A stretch of 64,000 nucleotides of DNA. It comes from Haloferula sp. Lineage in GTDB: Bacteria > Verrucomicrobiota > Verrucomicrobiia > Verrucomicrobiales > Akkermansiaceae. Made by a program: the position numbers and the translations under genes. A model generated the notes under the pieces. It was not told the DNA's origin. It worked only from the letters and a program-made list of their open reading frames with translations, and did not search any database. Shown here piece after piece: positions 1 through 8,162 of the stretch. The stretch lies in contig JBBCJF010000024.1 of NCBI GenBank assembly GCA_037190465.1, positions 18,039 through 82,038 on the forward strand, read 5' to 3'. Numbering within the stretch: position 1 is the first letter of the stretch; every line of letters begins with the position of its first letter.

Positions 1-799
1 TGGCGCGATGACTTTCTGCTCCGCCGTCGATGACGAAGGAAACTTCGCACTCCAACTGACCGGCCTGAATGCCCCGGCGTGGCACCTGACCTTGGGCGGC
101 CTGCTCGTGAATGGAGCGGAATCCGTCGCGCGACTCTCCCTCCGCTGTGACAGCGAGGGCATTCCGGACGCCGCCGGTCTCATCGATAACTGGACCATCG
201 ACAACGCGGAACAGGCATTCATGCGCGACCCTGGGAAGGCGCGGGAACTCCTGACCGACGACGCCATCGCAACCGCTCCCACCGATGAAGCCCGCCGCCG
301 CCTGCGGATCCTCCGCGCCCTCGGCGAGCCGGAAACGGAACCTGTCGACCTCACCCGGACGGATGACCCCCGCGCTTGGCTTTCCGACGCCCGGTGGACA
401 CGGGCGGCGGTCGGTTGGGGAGAGATTGCCCGCAACCGCTTCTGGTTCCAGCAAGGCCGGTGGGAGGGAGTATTCCTCAAAATCGACGGTGAAGTCTTCG
501 AAAAAGGTCTCTACGCCCACTCGAACTCCGCATTCATCTTTCCGCTGGGAGGCCGCTGGAAGACATTCACCGGAGCCATCGGTCTTCGTGACGGGGCGGC
601 CAACCAGGGCTCCGCCATCTTCAGGGTCGTCGGCGATGGCAAGGAACTCTACCGCTCCAAAACTCTCCGGCCCGGCCGGAAGGAAACCCTCCGCCTTGAC
701 ATTTCCGGCGTCCGCCAACTCGAACTGCAAACCCAGGGGGGCGAAGGCCACAATCACAATTCCTGGGCGATCTGGGCCGACCCAATGGTGGAACGCTGA
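1..799 (+). CDS. NPCBM/NEW2-type carbohydrate-binding domain protein, C-terminal part (5' end lies outside the window)
   Basis: The frame is open from the window edge to the stop at 797-799. The C-terminal ~150 aa (GLYAHSNSAFIFPLGGRWKTFTGAIGLRD..SAIFRVVGDGKELYRS..LELQTQGGEGHNHNSWAIWADP) fits the NPCBM beta-sandwich pattern seen on glycoside hydrolases. Confidence 0.65.
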   Translation, partial: GAMTFCSAVDDEGNFALQLTGLNAPAWHLTLGGLLVNGAESVARLSLRCDSEGIPDAAGLIDNWTIDNAEQAFMRDPGKARELLTDDAIATAPTDEARRRLRILRALGEPETEPVDLTRTDDPRAWLSDARWTRAAVGWGEIARNRFWFQQGRWEGVFLKIDGEVFEKGLYAHSNSAFIFPLGGRWKTFTGAIGLRDGAANQGSAIFRVVGDGKELYRSKTLRPGRKETLRLDISGVRQLELQTQGGEGHNHNSWAIWADPMVER

Positions 800-876
800 C
801 GATTCCGCGGCGCGCGGGGCATGTGGTCCCCGGCTTCAGCAGGACGCGGACGGACCTATCCTGTGAGAAATGCGAA

Positions 877-2205
877 TCACCCCGTCCTCCTCCAAATCCT
901 CCGGCCCAGCAAAATCGCGGTGATCGTGAGCCCCACGGTGATGCCCCACCACATCCCGGTCACCCCGAACCGCGCAGGATAGGCCAGAACCCACCCGAGC
1001 GGAATCGAAATCACCCAGTACGCGCCGAAAGCGATCCACGCCGGCATCCTTACATCGTCGAGCCCGCGCAGCGCGCCGGCGGCGATGATCTGCATCGCGT
1101 CGCAGAACTGGAACGCCGCGGCCACGATGAGCAGTGAGGCGGCCACCTCCAGCACCTCGGGATCGTCGGTGAACCAATCCGCAATCGTTTCGTTGAGAAA
1201 CACGAAACTCGTCGCGCTCAATACGGTGAAAGCGATGCCCATGAGCCAGCCGCTCACGAGGATCGGCCGCATGGAGGCGAAATTCTTCGCACCAAAGGCC
1301 TCCCCGACGCGTACCGTGAGCGCCATCGAAATCCCCAGCGGCACCATGAAAATCGTCGCCGCACACTGGATCGCCACCTGATGCGATGCCAGCGCCGCCT
1401 CGCCCATGTTGCCGATGATCAGGGTAGCCATCACGAAAGCGCTGACCTCCGCGAGCAAATGCATGCTGGCGGGAAAGCCGGTGCGCAGCAGATCCCTCAC
1501 CGCCGCCCCATCCGGCGCGCGCAGCCAGCGGGCGGGTACCCATTGCTTTAGCTCCCTGTCGCTGCGCGACCATGCGATCATTCCGGCGAGAATGGCCGTC
1601 CGCGCGATCAGCGTCGCCACTGCCGCTCCTTCCAAGCCGAGTGCCGGGAAGCCGAGCTTGCCGAAGATCATGACCCAGTTCAACACGATGTTCAAAACCA
1701 CCCCGCCTATCGTGATCCAGAACACCGGCCAGGGCCGGTTCATCGCGTCGGCGTGGCTTTTCACCGCCATCGAAGCCATCGCCGGGATCATCGACGCAGC
1801 GACGATCACGAAATATGCCGGCACGGCTTCGACCACGTTAGGGTCCTGCTTGAAAAACCCAAGGAACGGCAGCATTGCGAACGCGCCGGCGAGCGCCAGC
1901 GCACCGAGCGCCAGCGCGATGTAAAGCCCGTGCCGCAGCGCTGCGCGGGCGGCGGGCGGATCATTCGCTCCGCGGGCCTGCGAGACGCGAATCGACACCG
2001 CCATCGACATCCCGATGCCGAACATCATCGGCAGGTAGATCAAGGTGTTCGCGAACGAGCAGGCCGCCAGCGGCGTCACTCCCAGCCAGCCGAGCATGAG
2101 CGTGTCGGACAGGCTGATGAGCATTTGCCCGAGCTGGCCGATGATGAGCGGAATGGCGAGCCGGATGGTGCTGCGGCTCTCGGAGAGTATGGAAGAAGAC
2201 GTCAT
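877..2205 (-). CDS. MATE family efflux transporter
   Basis: About 440 aa with 12 predicted TM segments and MATE-like N-terminal text (IRLAIPLIIGQLGQMLISLSDTLMLGWLG). The start is taken at the internal ATG (MTSSSILSES). The ORF-track start at 2298 adds a non-conserved Arg/Ala leader. Confidence 0.88.
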   Translation of the reverse strand: MTSSSILSESRSTIRLAIPLIIGQLGQMLISLSDTLMLGWLGVTPLAACSFANTLIYLPMMFGIGMSMAVSIRVSQARGANDPPAARAALRHGLYIALALGALALAGAFAMLPFLGFFKQDPNVVEAVPAYFVIVAASMIPAMASMAVKSHADAMNRPWPVFWITIGGVVLNIVLNWVMIFGKLGFPALGLEGAAVATLIARTAILAGMIAWSRSDRELKQWVPARWLRAPDGAAVRDLLRTGFPASMHLLAEVSAFVMATLIIGNMGEAALASHQVAIQCAATIFMVPLGISMALTVRVGEAFGAKNFASMRPILVSGWLMGIAFTVLSATSFVFLNETIADWFTDDPEVLEVAASLLIVAAAFQFCDAMQIIAAGALRGLDDVRMPAWIAFGAYWVISIPLGWVLAYPARFGVTGMWWGITVGLTITAILLGRRIWRRTG

Positions 2206-2446
2206 GAAAATCGGAGAAAACGTGGAAAACGAAAAGCCCGCTCGGGCATCCAAGCGGGCGGGGACAGGCGCGGGTCGCAATTCCGATCCGTCACGCAATG
2301 GCCCCGCCGCCGAAAAGGTCGGCCGGTGCGGTGCGGATGCGGACGTTGATCATGACGGGGAAAAACTAGGCAGACTGGAGGGAACTTGTCAAACGGCGGT
2401 CACCGCCCGTTCCGCCACTGAGAAAAGCGGAGTCTCCGGTTCTTTT

Positions 2447-2541
2447 TGGGGCAGGATGGATGGGATGGATCGGATGAAAATGCTCAGAAACGACGATGGG
2501 AGGATTCAAATATCCCATTCATCCTATCCATCCCGGTCCCC
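2447..2541. repeat. Imperfect 95-bp inverted-repeat element (GGATGGAT(A/G)GGATG family, copy A)
   Basis: The left arm is tggggcaggatggatgggatggatcggatgaaaatg. The reverse complement of the right arm is tggggaccgggatggataggatgaatgggatatttg. Related copies lie at 21674-21767 and 53508-53535. The element is intergenic. Confidence 0.55.
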
Positions 2542-2596
2542 AAACAGATCGGAAGGACGAAGAAGACCGGCACGAGTTCTGCCTTCCGCATTCTTC

Positions 2597-3091
2597 TCAC
2601 CCCAGCGCCTGGAGCGCCGCCTTCACCGCGGCGAAGTCCGGCAGATCCTTCGGATGCTCCTTCACCTCGGCATAGCGCACGATGCCCTCTTTATCGATCA
2701 CGAAGGCCGAGCGCTTCGCCACGCCGCCCATGATCAGGTTCGCGTCGGGCAGGAACTGCTCGTAGGCCACGCCATAAGCCTTCGCCGCCGTATGCTCGTA
2801 GTCGCTGAGCAACGGGATCGTGATCCCCGACTTCTGCGCCCACGCCTCCTGCGCGAAGGGATTGTCGCCGGAAATGCCGAAGACCTTCGCGTCGAGCGAT
2901 TCATACTCCGCGATGCCGCCGGAAACATCGCACAACTCGTCGGTACAGACACCCGTGAAGGCCATCGGCACGAAAAGCAGCACGAGGTTCGACTGGCCGA
3001 TGACTTCCGACAGCTTCACGAGTTGCGGGCCGTCCGCGGTCTTGGTGACGAGGGTGAAATCCGGAGCTTTGTCGCCGATTTGAAGAGCCAT
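2597..3091 (-). CDS. Peroxiredoxin (AhpC/TSA-redoxin family, AhpE/Bcp-like 1-Cys/atypical 2-Cys)
   Basis: 164 aa with an ATG start. It shows IGDKAPDFTL..LVLLFVPMAFTGVCTDELC, where the PxxxTxxC peroxidatic Cys motif is present as FTGVC, followed by a thioredoxin-fold remainder. Confidence 0.9.
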   Translation of the reverse strand: MALQIGDKAPDFTLVTKTADGPQLVKLSEVIGQSNLVLLFVPMAFTGVCTDELCDVSGGIAEYESLDAKVFGISGDNPFAQEAWAQKSGITIPLLSDYEHTAAKAYGVAYEQFLPDANLIMGGVAKRSAFVIDKEGIVRYAEVKEHPKDLPDFAAVKAALQALG

Positions 3092-3164
3092 GAGGTTGCG
3101 GGGTTGTTCGGGAATGAGACGCCACTATAGGCTGTCGCCGCTGCCGGTCAACGGCCCTGCACCC

Positions 3165-4436
3165 ATGGACTTCGAATTCTCCAACATTGGCCTGCGCCTC
3201 GGCGGGGGCTCCGGCATCGGCGAACTGATGGACGACCTCGGCCATGCCCTCGCCACTGGTGGTCCCGACATCTGCATGCTCGGCGGCGGCCAGCCCGCCC
3301 ACATCCCCGAAATGAACGCCATCTGGCGCCGCCGCATGGAGGAAATCCTCGCCGAACCCGGCGCCTGCGAGCGTACCCTGGCGAACTACGACCCGCCGCG
3401 CGGCAATCCCCGCTTCCTCGCCGCGCTGGCCGGGCTGTTCCACCGCGAATTCGGCTGGCAGCTCGGCCCGGAAAATCTCGCCGTGACCGCCGGCGGCCAG
3501 ACCGCGTTCTTCTTCCTCTTCAACCTCCTCGCCGGCGAAATACCCGATGGCCGCCGGAAAAAAATCCTGCTCCCGCTCATCCCCGAATACATCGGCTACG
3601 CCAACCAGGGCGCGGGTGGCGACCTTTTTCGCGCCGTGCCGCCGAAGATCGAAAAGACCGGCCCGCACGAGTTCAAATACCGCGTGGATTTCGACGCGCT
3701 GGAAGTCACGGACGACATCGCCGCCATCTGCGTTTCCCGCCCGACCAATCCGACCGGCAACGTGCTCACCGGCGAGGAGATCGCCCGCCTCTCCGCCATC
3801 GCGAAGGAGCACGGCATCCCGCTCATCATCGACAACGCCTACGGCACGCCCTTTCCCGGCATCATCTTCACCGAAGCGAAACCGGTGTGGGACGAGCACA
3901 TCATCCTCACCCTCAGCCTGTCGAAAATCGGTCTGCCCGGCACCCGCACCGGCATCGTCGTCGCTCATCCGAGGATCGCCGCGGCCGTCGCCTCGATGAG
4001 CGCCGTGGTCGGTCTCGCCAATCCGAACATCGGCCAGGCGATCATGACACCGCTGATCGAAGGCGGCGAAATCCTCGCCCTCTCCCGCGAAGTGGTGCGG
4101 CCCTTCTATGTCGAGAAATCCCGCCTTGCGCAGGAATGGGTGCGCGAAAGCTTCTGCGACGACTTCGACTACTACATCCATCGTAGCGAAGGCGCGCTTT
4201 TCCTTTGGCTCTGGTTCCCCGGCCTGCCGATCACGTCGCGCGAACTCTACGAGCGTCTGAAAAGGCGCGGTGTGCTCATCATCTCCGGCCACTACTTCTT
4301 CTTCGGCCACGACGACGAAAGCTGGCGCCACCGCCACGAATGCCTGCGCATGACCTTCACCATGGATGAAACCGTGGTGAAGCGCGGCATCGCGATCATC
4401 GGGGAGGAGGTACGGCGGGCCTGGGCGGAGGTGTAG
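3165..4436 (+). CDS. avtA: Valine--pyruvate (alanine-valine) aminotransferase-like PLP enzyme
   Basis: MDFEFSNIGLRLGGGSGIGELMDDLG..MLGGGQPAHIPE..YDPPRGNPRFL..SLSKIGLPGTRTGIVV is colinear with AvtA-type class I aminotransferases, with SLSK as the PLP lysine. The start is at an internal ATG. Confidence 0.8.
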   Translation: MDFEFSNIGLRLGGGSGIGELMDDLGHALATGGPDICMLGGGQPAHIPEMNAIWRRRMEEILAEPGACERTLANYDPPRGNPRFLAALAGLFHREFGWQLGPENLAVTAGGQTAFFFLFNLLAGEIPDGRRKKILLPLIPEYIGYANQGAGGDLFRAVPPKIEKTGPHEFKYRVDFDALEVTDDIAAICVSRPTNPTGNVLTGEEIARLSAIAKEHGIPLIIDNAYGTPFPGIIFTEAKPVWDEHIILTLSLSKIGLPGTRTGIVVAHPRIAAAVASMSAVVGLANPNIGQAIMTPLIEGGEILALSREVVRPFYVEKSRLAQEWVRESFCDDFDYYIHRSEGALFLWLWFPGLPITSRELYERLKRRGVLIISGHYFFFGHDDESWRHRHECLRMTFTMDETVVKRGIAIIGEEVRRAWAEV

Positions 4437-5610
4437 CCGGTTCCGCCGGTTTTGTCGCCCGATCGAAGCGGTCGAGCCACCATTTGTCCGCGCTGCTCAG
4501 ATCGTCACGACCGCGGAGCCGGTCCGCGTGCTCTTCGAGGGCTTCGGCCACGCGGGGGTACCGCGTCTTCATCTCATTCCAGCGGGCCTCGGTGAAGTGC
4601 ATGGGCGACAGGAAAGACTCCACCGCATTCCCCTCCCATTCCTCGCGCAACCAATCCGGCGCATCGGGAGGAAGAGCATCCAGCAACTCCAGGGGAAACC
4701 GCTGCTCCGGGGCGGGCGGCAGATAGTGATGCCCCGGAAAACCGTCCTTCCCTTTCTCCACAGCAAAGGCCGCCGCTCCGGGGTAATCCCTGCCGTTGAT
4801 CAGAACCTGCAAGCGGTGGCGATTGGCGACCTTCGGCTGGATGGACAGCGATGCCAGAGCCCACAGGAGCAGGCAGAATGCCGCGATTCCCAGCGACCGT
4901 CCGGGGGCGGACGGATTCTTCCGGTCCAGCGGGCGCTTCGCGACGCCCTTGATGATAAAGGAGCAGACGAGGCAAACGATGATTACCCCAAACGCCGCCG
5001 CAGCGGTAAAATCCGCCGCGCTCTTCAGTAGGGCGTTTTGGGGAGACAGACGGACGCCGCCCATGATCCCGATCAGCGACATGCCCCGGAACCAGGACCC
5101 CACCATCATTTCCAGCGCCGCGGGCGCGAGCAACAGGGGCAGCACCCGCTTCCATGACACCTCCGTCAGCACCGACACCGCACGAACCATGATCGCGACC
5201 CGCCAGAAGGAAACGATGGCCAGGAAAGCGATGTTCCATTTCGTCGCGGTGACGATGTCCGTGAACGCCTCCACCGGAATCCCGTAAAGCCATGCGCAAG
5301 GTGCCGTCATCCAGACCAGCGAAAGAAAGACGCCCTGCTGCCGCCAGTAGGGACCTGCTTTCATCAACCGCAGCGGCCCGGAGATCCACGCAAAGATGAA
5401 CCAGCTTGTGAAAAGCGACGCGACAAAGGGACCGATGATCCACTCGGGATTTCTCAGCAGGTCGAGGTGATCGTAATTCCGCGCGATACCCGCCGAGAGC
5501 ACCAGGATCGCGCCCACCAGCCAGACATGGCGCGTCGCCGCGATCCGCTCGATGGCGCCGCGGTTGCCGAAGAGAAACAGCAGAAGATCCAGGGGACGCA
5601 TGATCCCCAT
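4396..5610 (-). CDS. Hypothetical polytopic membrane protein (Yip1-like N-terminal half plus soluble Pro-rich C-terminal half)
   Basis: About 404 aa with at least 6 hydrophobic segments followed by a charged tail. The start (MGIMRPLDLLL) lies 2 nt downstream of the radical SAM stop. The 3' end overlaps the convergent avtA by 41 nt. Confidence 0.55.
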   Translation of the reverse strand: MGIMRPLDLLLFLFGNRGAIERIAATRHVWLVGAILVLSAGIARNYDHLDLLRNPEWIIGPFVASLFTSWFIFAWISGPLRLMKAGPYWRQQGVFLSLVWMTAPCAWLYGIPVEAFTDIVTATKWNIAFLAIVSFWRVAIMVRAVSVLTEVSWKRVLPLLLAPAALEMMVGSWFRGMSLIGIMGGVRLSPQNALLKSAADFTAAAAFGVIIVCLVCSFIIKGVAKRPLDRKNPSAPGRSLGIAAFCLLLWALASLSIQPKVANRHRLQVLINGRDYPGAAAFAVEKGKDGFPGHHYLPPAPEQRFPLELLDALPPDAPDWLREEWEGNAVESFLSPMHFTEARWNEMKTRYPRVAEALEEHADRLRGRDDLSSADKWWLDRFDRATKPAEPATPPPRPAVPPPR

Positions 5611-5611
5611 T

Positions 5612-6982
5612 TCAGTTCCCGGCGCGCCGCACCGCAAGCTCATCGAGCGATGCATTTTGGGAGTGCGGCGCGATTCTCTCTCTCACCCTCGCCCGCAGAT
5701 GCTTCCGGAAACCTTGATTGCGCCGCTCCACGAACTCCGGCGCATAGAGACGCCGGACCAGATCGCGGAAACCGTCTTCCAATTCCCCGATACTCAGATC
5801 CGTCGGGCGGAAATTGATGTCGAAGAGCGTGCAGCGCTCCGTCGCCTCCTCGGAAAGCAGTCGTCCCTCTTCCGACAAGCGCCGCCACAAGGGCGTCCCG
5901 GGGAAGGGCGTGAGATAGGTGATCTGCACATCGTAGAGCCCGCTCTCTTCGACGAAGCGGAAGACATGCTCGAAGCTCTCCGGCCCGTCGCCGTCGAGAC
6001 CGAGGATGAAGCAGCCGTTCACCGTGATGCCGTGGCGCTGGATCGTCTCGACGGCGCGCAGGTAGCGCTCGGTGCGGCGGGCCTTCCAGTTCGATTTCTG
6101 CTCCACGCCGTCGAGCGAGGAAAAACGCGGGCTTTCGAAACCGATCAGCACCTGATGACAGCCCGCATCGCGCATCATGCGCAGCAGATCCTCGTCGTCG
6201 GCCACCGACACGTCGGTTTCGGTGAACCAGCGCAGACCCTCCTTTCCCAACGCGTTCATCAGGGCTCGACCGTGGCGCTTGTCGGCGAAGGTATTGTCGT
6301 CGGCGAACTCGACGAAGGGCCGGCCGAAAAGCTCTTTCAGGCGGCGCATTTCGGCGATGATTTTGTCCACCGGCTTCGTCCGGAACGACGGCGACAGCCG
6401 CATCGACGCCGCGCAGAATTCGCAGGCATAGGGACAGCCGCGCTGGGTCTGCACGGTGAAGCGCGGGTAACGGTCCGGTGACAGCAGATCGAAGCGCGGC
6501 ATCGGTGCTTGCCGGAAATCGAAAGGACCTCTACGACGCGCATCGTAGACCGGTTTCAGCCCGCCGCGCTCCAGATCGCGCAGCACCTCGGGCCACACGG
6601 CTTCGCCCTCGCCGATGACCACCGCATCGACATGGCGCGCGGCCTCCTCCGGCGCGAGCGTGGCGTGCAGTCCTCCGAGGATGACCGGGATGCCTTTTTC
6701 CCGGAATTTCCCGGCCAGCGCGTAGGCTTCCTTCGAGGTCGCGCTGAGGGTGGAGAGAGCGATCGCGTCGAAGCGGTCGGGCACCTCCGAAATGTCCCGC
6801 ACTTCCAGATACTCCGCGCCGATGTGGGGCGGCGACATTCCGGCGAGCGTCAGCAGCCCGAGCGAGGGCAGCGCCTCGATTTCCCGCGCCCGGCGGGCCA
6901 CGGCGGGGAAGCTCAGGCCGAGCGCGAGCAGTTCCGCATCGGCCAGCCGCAGGCCGCTCATCGCGATGTAGCCGATATTCAT
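5612..6982 (-). CDS. B12-binding domain-containing radical SAM protein
   Basis: There is an N-terminal Rossmann-like B12 domain (IALSTLSATSKEAYALAGKFREKGIPVILGGLHATL..AVVIGEGE). The CX3CX2C cluster motif is QRGCPYACEFCAAS, and there is a DUF4070-like C-terminus. The ATG at 6982 overlaps the upstream gene's stop as ATGA. Confidence 0.85.
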   Translation of the reverse strand: MNIGYIAMSGLRLADAELLALGLSFPAVARRAREIEALPSLGLLTLAGMSPPHIGAEYLEVRDISEVPDRFDAIALSTLSATSKEAYALAGKFREKGIPVILGGLHATLAPEEAARHVDAVVIGEGEAVWPEVLRDLERGGLKPVYDARRRGPFDFRQAPMPRFDLLSPDRYPRFTVQTQRGCPYACEFCAASMRLSPSFRTKPVDKIIAEMRRLKELFGRPFVEFADDNTFADKRHGRALMNALGKEGLRWFTETDVSVADDEDLLRMMRDAGCHQVLIGFESPRFSSLDGVEQKSNWKARRTERYLRAVETIQRHGITVNGCFILGLDGDGPESFEHVFRFVEESGLYDVQITYLTPFPGTPLWRRLSEEGRLLSEEATERCTLFDINFRPTDLSIGELEDGFRDLVRRLYAPEFVERRNQGFRKHLRARVRERIAPHSQNASLDELAVRRAGN

Positions 6983-7362
6983 GAGCGGGCGAAAAGAACG
7001 ATGGCGATGCCCGCCGCGGCGGACAGGACGGGGATGAAGAACAGATGGCGGAAGGGTTTTCGCCAGGCGCAGAGAAAACAATTCAGCGGCATGGCGACGA
7101 GTGAAACCAGAAGGAACAGCGAGCCGGCGCGGGCTGCCGCCTCCGGCACGCCGAGCGGCTCCAGCGAGAGCGCGTAGAACAGATTGATCAGCCCGATGCC
7201 GAAAAACGAGATATGCCCCAGCCGGACCATCCGCCGCTCCCGGCTGCCGTAGCCGCCGAGCCAGTCTTCGCGGTGAAAGAGCAGCCCCATGACTGCGCCG
7301 CTCAGCACGCCGCCGAGAAAGCCCACCCACCCGGCCATCAGGGAAAAGCGCAAGGGGTCCAT
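6979..7362 (-). CDS. Small 4-TM membrane protein, hypothetical
   Basis: 127 aa starting at the internal ATG (MDPLRFSLMAGWVGFLGG). It is translationally coupled to the radical SAM gene. The N-terminal extension shown in the ORF track runs through a REPIN and is rejected. Confidence 0.5.
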   Translation of the reverse strand: MDPLRFSLMAGWVGFLGGVLSGAVMGLLFHREDWLGGYGSRERRMVRLGHISFFGIGLINLFYALSLEPLGVPEAAARAGSLFLLVSLVAMPLNCFLCAWRKPFRHLFFIPVLSAAAGIAIVLFARS

Positions 7363-7448
7363 CGGGAGAACTCCAGCAGATTCCGCCGGATCGGGGAAAT
7401 CGAAACGGCAGGGGGATTCATCGACGTAGGCGATGTTCGGGTGGTCCG

Positions 7449-7570
7449 CCGGGAGCGCGGAGCCCCAGCTCCGCAGAAGGAAGGGCAGGGATTGCATGCC
7501 CGTTCAGACCGCAATGGGGAATGACGGCTCTTCCCCCGCTTCTGCGGAGGCTGGGGCTCCGCGCTCCCGG
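7449..7570. repeat. REPIN-like doublet (two inverted REP hairpins), copy 1
   Basis: CCGGGAGCGCGGAGCCCCAGCTCCGCAGAAGG at 7449-7480 has its reverse complement at 7537-7570 with a 1-nt indel. Each arm folds as GCGGAGC-CCCA-GCTCCGC. The element is intergenic. Confidence 0.8.
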
Positions 7571-7583
7571 CGGCCTCTCGGAT

Positions 7584-8162
7584 TCAGCCCACAGGCTCTT
7601 CCTTCTTCTTTTTGAGATCGGCCCTCAACCCACTGACGAAAAGCAACACGGCCGCGATGCAGATGCAGGAGTCCGCGACATTGAAGGAAGGCCAGCGATA
7701 GTTGATGACCGGGATGGTGAAGTCGAGGAAATCGACCACGTACCCGGCTTTCAACCGCTCCCACAGAGGTTCGCCCTGCATGTAACTCAGCCGTGAGCCC
7801 TGGATCAGCCGGTCGGTGAGATTGCCGAGGATGCCGCACAGCAGCAGGGCGACGGCGATTTTCCCCATCCTGCCCTCGAAGAAATTCGTCCGCCAGCCGA
7901 TGGTGATGAGCGTGATCGCGATGAAAGGCACGATCAGGAAGACGATGGGCGCCCAATCGGTGCCGTTGCCGAAGCCGAAGGCGACGCCTTGGTTGTGAAC
8001 GCGGACGATGTTGAAGAAACCTTCGATCACCGGAATTTGCTCGCTGGACGAAGAAGAGCCCGGCGGCGGCTCGGCAAAACGCGCCACGATCCAGAACTTG
8101 GTGATCTGGTCGAGGGTGTAGAGCGGCAGGGTGATGCCGAGGAACAAGCGGAGGAAGCTCAT
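7584..8162 (-). CDS. lspA: Lipoprotein signal peptidase II
   Basis: DQITKFW..FFNIVRVHNQGVAFGF..GNLTDRL..VVDFLDF..WPSFNVADSCI are the classical LspA motifs. The ATG at 8162 overlaps the ileS stop (ATGA), giving the conserved ileS-lspA arrangement. Confidence 0.9.
   Translation of the reverse strand: MSFLRLFLGITLPLYTLDQITKFWIVARFAEPPPGSSSSSEQIPVIEGFFNIVRVHNQGVAFGFGNGTDWAPIVFLIVPFIAITLITIGWRTNFFEGRMGKIAVALLLCGILGNLTDRLIQGSRLSYMQGEPLWERLKAGYVVDFLDFTIPVINYRWPSFNVADSCICIAAVLLFVSGLRADLKKKKEEPVG

Noticed and set aside
7433-7615. Short ORFs encoding LLRSWGSALP / AEAGAPRSRR-type peptides. They recur at 44733-45538, 56822-57019 and 63573-63866.
   Set aside because: They are translations of the REP/REPIN inverted repeats in various frames. 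Their similarity is due to the DNA repeat, not to a protein family.
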